IMG/VR virus record: IMGVR_UViG_3300037714_000453
Coordinates: 1 to 26,654 of that record
Origin: a virus
Taxonomy: Duplodnaviria; Caudoviricetes
Length of the DNA: 26,654 nucleotides
Direction: 5' to 3' (one strand)
The notes under the pieces were generated by a model. The model did no database searches. It was given only the letters and a program-made list of their open reading frames with translations, and was not told where the DNA came from. The first letter of the stretch is position 1; every line of letters begins with the position of its first letter. The translations under genes and the position numbers were made by a program. Below, in pieces: positions 24,320 to 26,654 of the stretch.

Positions 24320-25312
24320 CTAGTCGGAGCCGAGCGCGATGTCTGAGGCCAGGATGCCGAAGCTCGGGTCGGCGTACTTCACGTCGAACCGGAGGGTCGG
24401 CAGGAAGCTCGTGGCCGCGTCCCGAGGGTCGCGCCACCGCTCCACACGGATCCGACGGTGCCAGCCCACGTACAGGTTGAGCGGGTGCGTCAGGATCGCG
24501 AAGTTGTCGTAGTCGATCTCCGCGCCGCCGATCGTGCTGACGCCGGTCATGAGCGGGATCGGGACCACCGGCACGCCGCGGAAGGCGAGCTTCAGCCGGA
24601 GGTTCTCGGTGACGTTCGTGTCACCGAGCGGGGTGCCGCGGCCAGCGAGCTCGCTCTGGTACCCGTCGTTGTGCTTCACGGGCACGTAGAACCGGAGCGA
24701 CGTGGGGTCGCGGCGGTAGCGGGCCGGCAGGGCGGCGATCATCTTCCGCCAGAGCTGGTCGTAGCTCGTGATGCCGGACGCGTCGACCTTGTGGGCCGCC
24801 GGGAGGCCGGTCTGGAGCTGCTTGATCAGCCCGTCGAACACGCCGAGCACGGAGTTGTCCGCGCCGTCGGCGGCCGTGCGGTCGGTGTCGTTCTTGATCG
24901 CGTACTCCTCGACGTCGCGGCCGACCGCCTCGGCGATCATCACCATGATGGTGTCCGCCAGGGCGTCCCGCTCGATGTTGTCCTCGAACAGCTCGTCGCT
25001 GACCGGGACCTCACCCTTGAACAGGTTGGTCGACAGCGTCACCAGGCCCGTGAGGGGCTTGACGCGGTCGGCGTCCGCCAGGCGCGCTCCCTCGACCCCG
25101 GACCGCAGGATGCGGTTCCCGAAGCTGATGCGCGGGACCTCGAACTTCGGCGACAGCGAGGTCTGGTTGTTCGCCTCCTTCAGGAGCACGGACTCGTCGA
25201 TCAGGATGCGCAGGAACTCGCGCGCCTGCTGCGGCGAGAGCAGACCGCCGCCCGCGGGGGCGGTAACGTCTGCCGTGCTGAAGGTTGCCTTCTCGAGCCA
25301 TCGTACGAGCAT
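24320..25312 (-). CDS. Major capsid protein (HK97 fold, PBSX XkdG-like)
   Basis: GGGLLSPQQAREF, ELFEDNIE, FDGLIK, LPARYRR, LTHPLNLYVG; SD GAGGAG. Confidence 0.92.
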   Translation of the reverse strand: MLVRWLEKATFSTADVTAPAGGGLLSPQQAREFLRILIDESVLLKEANNQTSLSPKFEVPRISFGNRILRSGVEGARLADADRVKPLTGLVTLSTNLFKGEVPVSDELFEDNIERDALADTIMVMIAEAVGRDVEEYAIKNDTDRTAADGADNSVLGVFDGLIKQLQTGLPAAHKVDASGITSYDQLWRKMIAALPARYRRDPTSLRFYVPVKHNDGYQSELAGRGTPLGDTNVTENLRLKLAFRGVPVVPIPLMTGVSTIGGAEIDYDNFAILTHPLNLYVGWHRRIRVERWRDPRDAATSFLPTLRFDVKYADPSFGILASDIALGSD

Positions 25313-25333
25313 GTTAGGTCTCCTCTTTCATCT

Positions 25334-25350
25334 GGCGCTCAGCGGCGCGC
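25334..25350 (-). promoter_or_regulatory. Tandem GCGCGCC/GAGCGCC boxes in the capsid leader
   Basis: Sense strand GCGCGCC-gct-GAGCGCC just upstream of the SD. Confidence 0.5.
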
Positions 25351-25366
25351 GTTATGGGTTTCGATC

Positions 25367-26185
25367 CTACCGTTTGCCGCCGAACACCACGTTCCCGAAC
25401 GACACACCCATCTTCGGCTCGTACCCGCCGGTGCCCTTGCGCACGCTCACGGGCTCGTCGTCGACGATCTGACGGCTCTTGGCGGACTTCTTCACCGGCT
25501 CGGCCTCCTCGGCCTCCGGCTCCCCGCCCTCCATCTTCGCGATCTCCGCCTTCTCCGCCTTCACGATGGCGCCGGGGAGGTCCCCGATGGCCTTCGTCAT
25601 CTGCTCGATCCCCTTGGCCATGGCCTCGATGCTGCGAGCCACGCCGCGGTTGGCCACCTCGCTGGCGTCCATGGCCTCGTCAGCGTCCTTGGACGCCTGC
25701 GCCTTGGCGGCCGCGACGGACCTGGCGGTCTTCTCCCAGGGCTTGCCCTCTTCCTCGTCTTCCATCTCCATGTCCTCGTCCTTCATCCGGAACTGCACGC
25801 TGCCGACCATCGAGCCGGGCATCGCGCGGGGGGTGAAGTTCGGACCGAGGTCCTCGTCCGCGGGGCCGCGCTTGTCGGCGTCGGGCTCGGAGAACTCGTA
25901 CGGCTGGGTGGGGACGGACTTGCCGACGAACACCGGGTCCTGGCCGAGCACCTGCGCGAGGCCGTTCAGCGCGACCGCGCTCTTCCGGCTCACGACGGCG
26001 TTCTTGTCGGTGCGCATCTTGGAGAGCACGGCTCCGGCGGCCGTGGCCACCATGCCGTAACCCTTCATGACCTGGTCGCCGTCCGCGCCCTTGAAGAGGA
26101 GGAAGCTACGACCGGTGGCGGGCTTGTCGACGCCGTCCACGCGGTCGACGTCGAGGTCCTTCAGCTCAGAGGTCTTCTTGATCAC
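25367..26185 (-). CDS. Capsid scaffold-like protein with XkdF-type N-terminal motif
   Basis: ELKDLDVDRVDGVDKPATGRSFLLFK resembles the XkdF N-terminus; charged helical C-terminus; precedes the capsid gene. Confidence 0.7.
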   Translation of the reverse strand: MIKKTSELKDLDVDRVDGVDKPATGRSFLLFKGADGDQVMKGYGMVATAAGAVLSKMRTDKNAVVSRKSAVALNGLAQVLGQDPVFVGKSVPTQPYEFSEPDADKRGPADEDLGPNFTPRAMPGSMVGSVQFRMKDEDMEMEDEEEGKPWEKTARSVAAAKAQASKDADEAMDASEVANRGVARSIEAMAKGIEQMTKAIGDLPGAIVKAEKAEIAKMEGGEPEAEEAEPVKKSAKSRQIVDDEPVSVRKGTGGYEPKMGVSFGNVVFGGKR

Positions 26186-26236
26186 GGTAGATCTCCTGTC
26201 ACGTTTGTGTCGACAGGCGCTCTACCATCGGCGCTC
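26183..26236 (-). promoter_or_regulatory. Translation-inhibitory hairpin with tandem GAGCGCC boxes (candidate Com target)
   Basis: AUGGUAGA pairs with UCUACCGU (includes the GUG start) and CCUGUC with GACAGG (SD); GAGCGCC at 26230-26236 and 26216-26222. Confidence 0.7.
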
Positions 26237-26259
26237 CGCGATCGAGCTACGTTAGAGAC

Positions 26260-26289
26260 ATCTTACAACGCGTTTCCTCAGCGCCACAA
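26260..26289 (-). promoter_or_regulatory. Possible promoter for head genes
   Basis: Minus strand TTGTGG-18 nt-TAAGAT with an A-rich upstream stretch. Confidence 0.35.
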
Positions 26290-26318
26290 CTATTTTCCAC
26301 TTCTCCCGGACTTCCTTC

Positions 26319-26603
26319 CTAGTCCCTGTCGAGGTCCTCGGCGCTCAGGGGGATGGTGTTCAGCGTCTTGCAGCGTCGGCACTTCACCTCGACGCGTCCG
26401 TGGTCCGGCGTCCGGCCGCCGTCCGCGTTCGCGCACTGCTCCGCGTCGCTGACGTATGGCGGCATCCAGATGCACAGGAGCTTGCCGCACTTCTTCCCGT
26501 GCTCGTTCGTCCCGGAGCACGTGTAGAGGACGGAGCCACCGGGGACGTCCCGCCCGGCGAGCTGCGGGACCGCGTCAGCCGGGCGCGCGTGGGTGACGAT
26601 CAT
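26319..26603 (-). CDS. com: Mu Com-like zinc-ribbon translational regulator
   Basis: YTC...KKCGKLL...VEVKCRRCKTLNTI matches the Com-family signature (C...CGKLL...EIKCPRCKTIN). Confidence 0.75.
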   Translation of the reverse strand: MIVTHARPADAVPQLAGRDVPGGSVLYTCSGTNEHGKKCGKLLCIWMPPYVSDAEQCANADGGRTPDHGRVEVKCRRCKTLNTIPLSAEDLDRD

Positions 26604-26654
26604 TCGCCAGCGACCCTCGGGCCCGCAGACTTCTCTCGCAGGTCTCTCGGGATG
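26600..26654 (-). CDS. C-terminal end of an upstream gene (partial)
   Basis: Open frame IPRDLREKSAGPRVAGE* whose TGA overlaps the com ATG. Confidence 0.4.
   Translation of the reverse strand, partial: IPRDLREKSAGPRVAGE

Noticed and set aside
24458-26452. Long plus-strand ORFs (also 4521-6191, 7769-9295, 1144-2043 and others)
   Set aside because: Antisense shadows of GC-rich minus-strand genes; Arg/Ala/Gly-rich with no recognisable motifs.
1-26654. tRNA, rRNA, integrase, transposase, lysis genes, introns/inteins
   Set aside because: No recognisable signatures found by eye.

Overview
High-GC tailed-phage or prophage segment (siphovirus-like) with every credible gene on the minus strand, read right to left. 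Order: Mu Com-like zinc-ribbon gene; XkdF-like scaffold protein; HK97-fold major capsid; head decoration and neck genes; tail tube; tail chaperone with a probable -1 frameshift extension; tape measure; distal tail, hub and receptor-binding genes; replication module (SF2 helicase, lambda-O-like initiator with an internal AT-rich ori candidate, DnaC-like loader, DnaB helicase, primase); an AT-rich promoter with an IHF site; a ~340-nt structured leader; and small, often Cys-rich accessory genes ending in a truncated Ycf46-like AAA ATPase. The most striking signal is a candidate Com-controlled translational regulon for virion genes. Tandem GAG-NN-CC boxes lie in the leaders of the scaffold, capsid and tail-tube genes, in two cases within hairpins that hide the ribosome-binding site. 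A 25-nt element carrying similar boxes overlaps the SD of two downstream genes. A tail-sheath-like domain is also inserted into three unrelated structural proteins of this sheath-less phage. All assignments come from motif reading and gene order; no searches were run.
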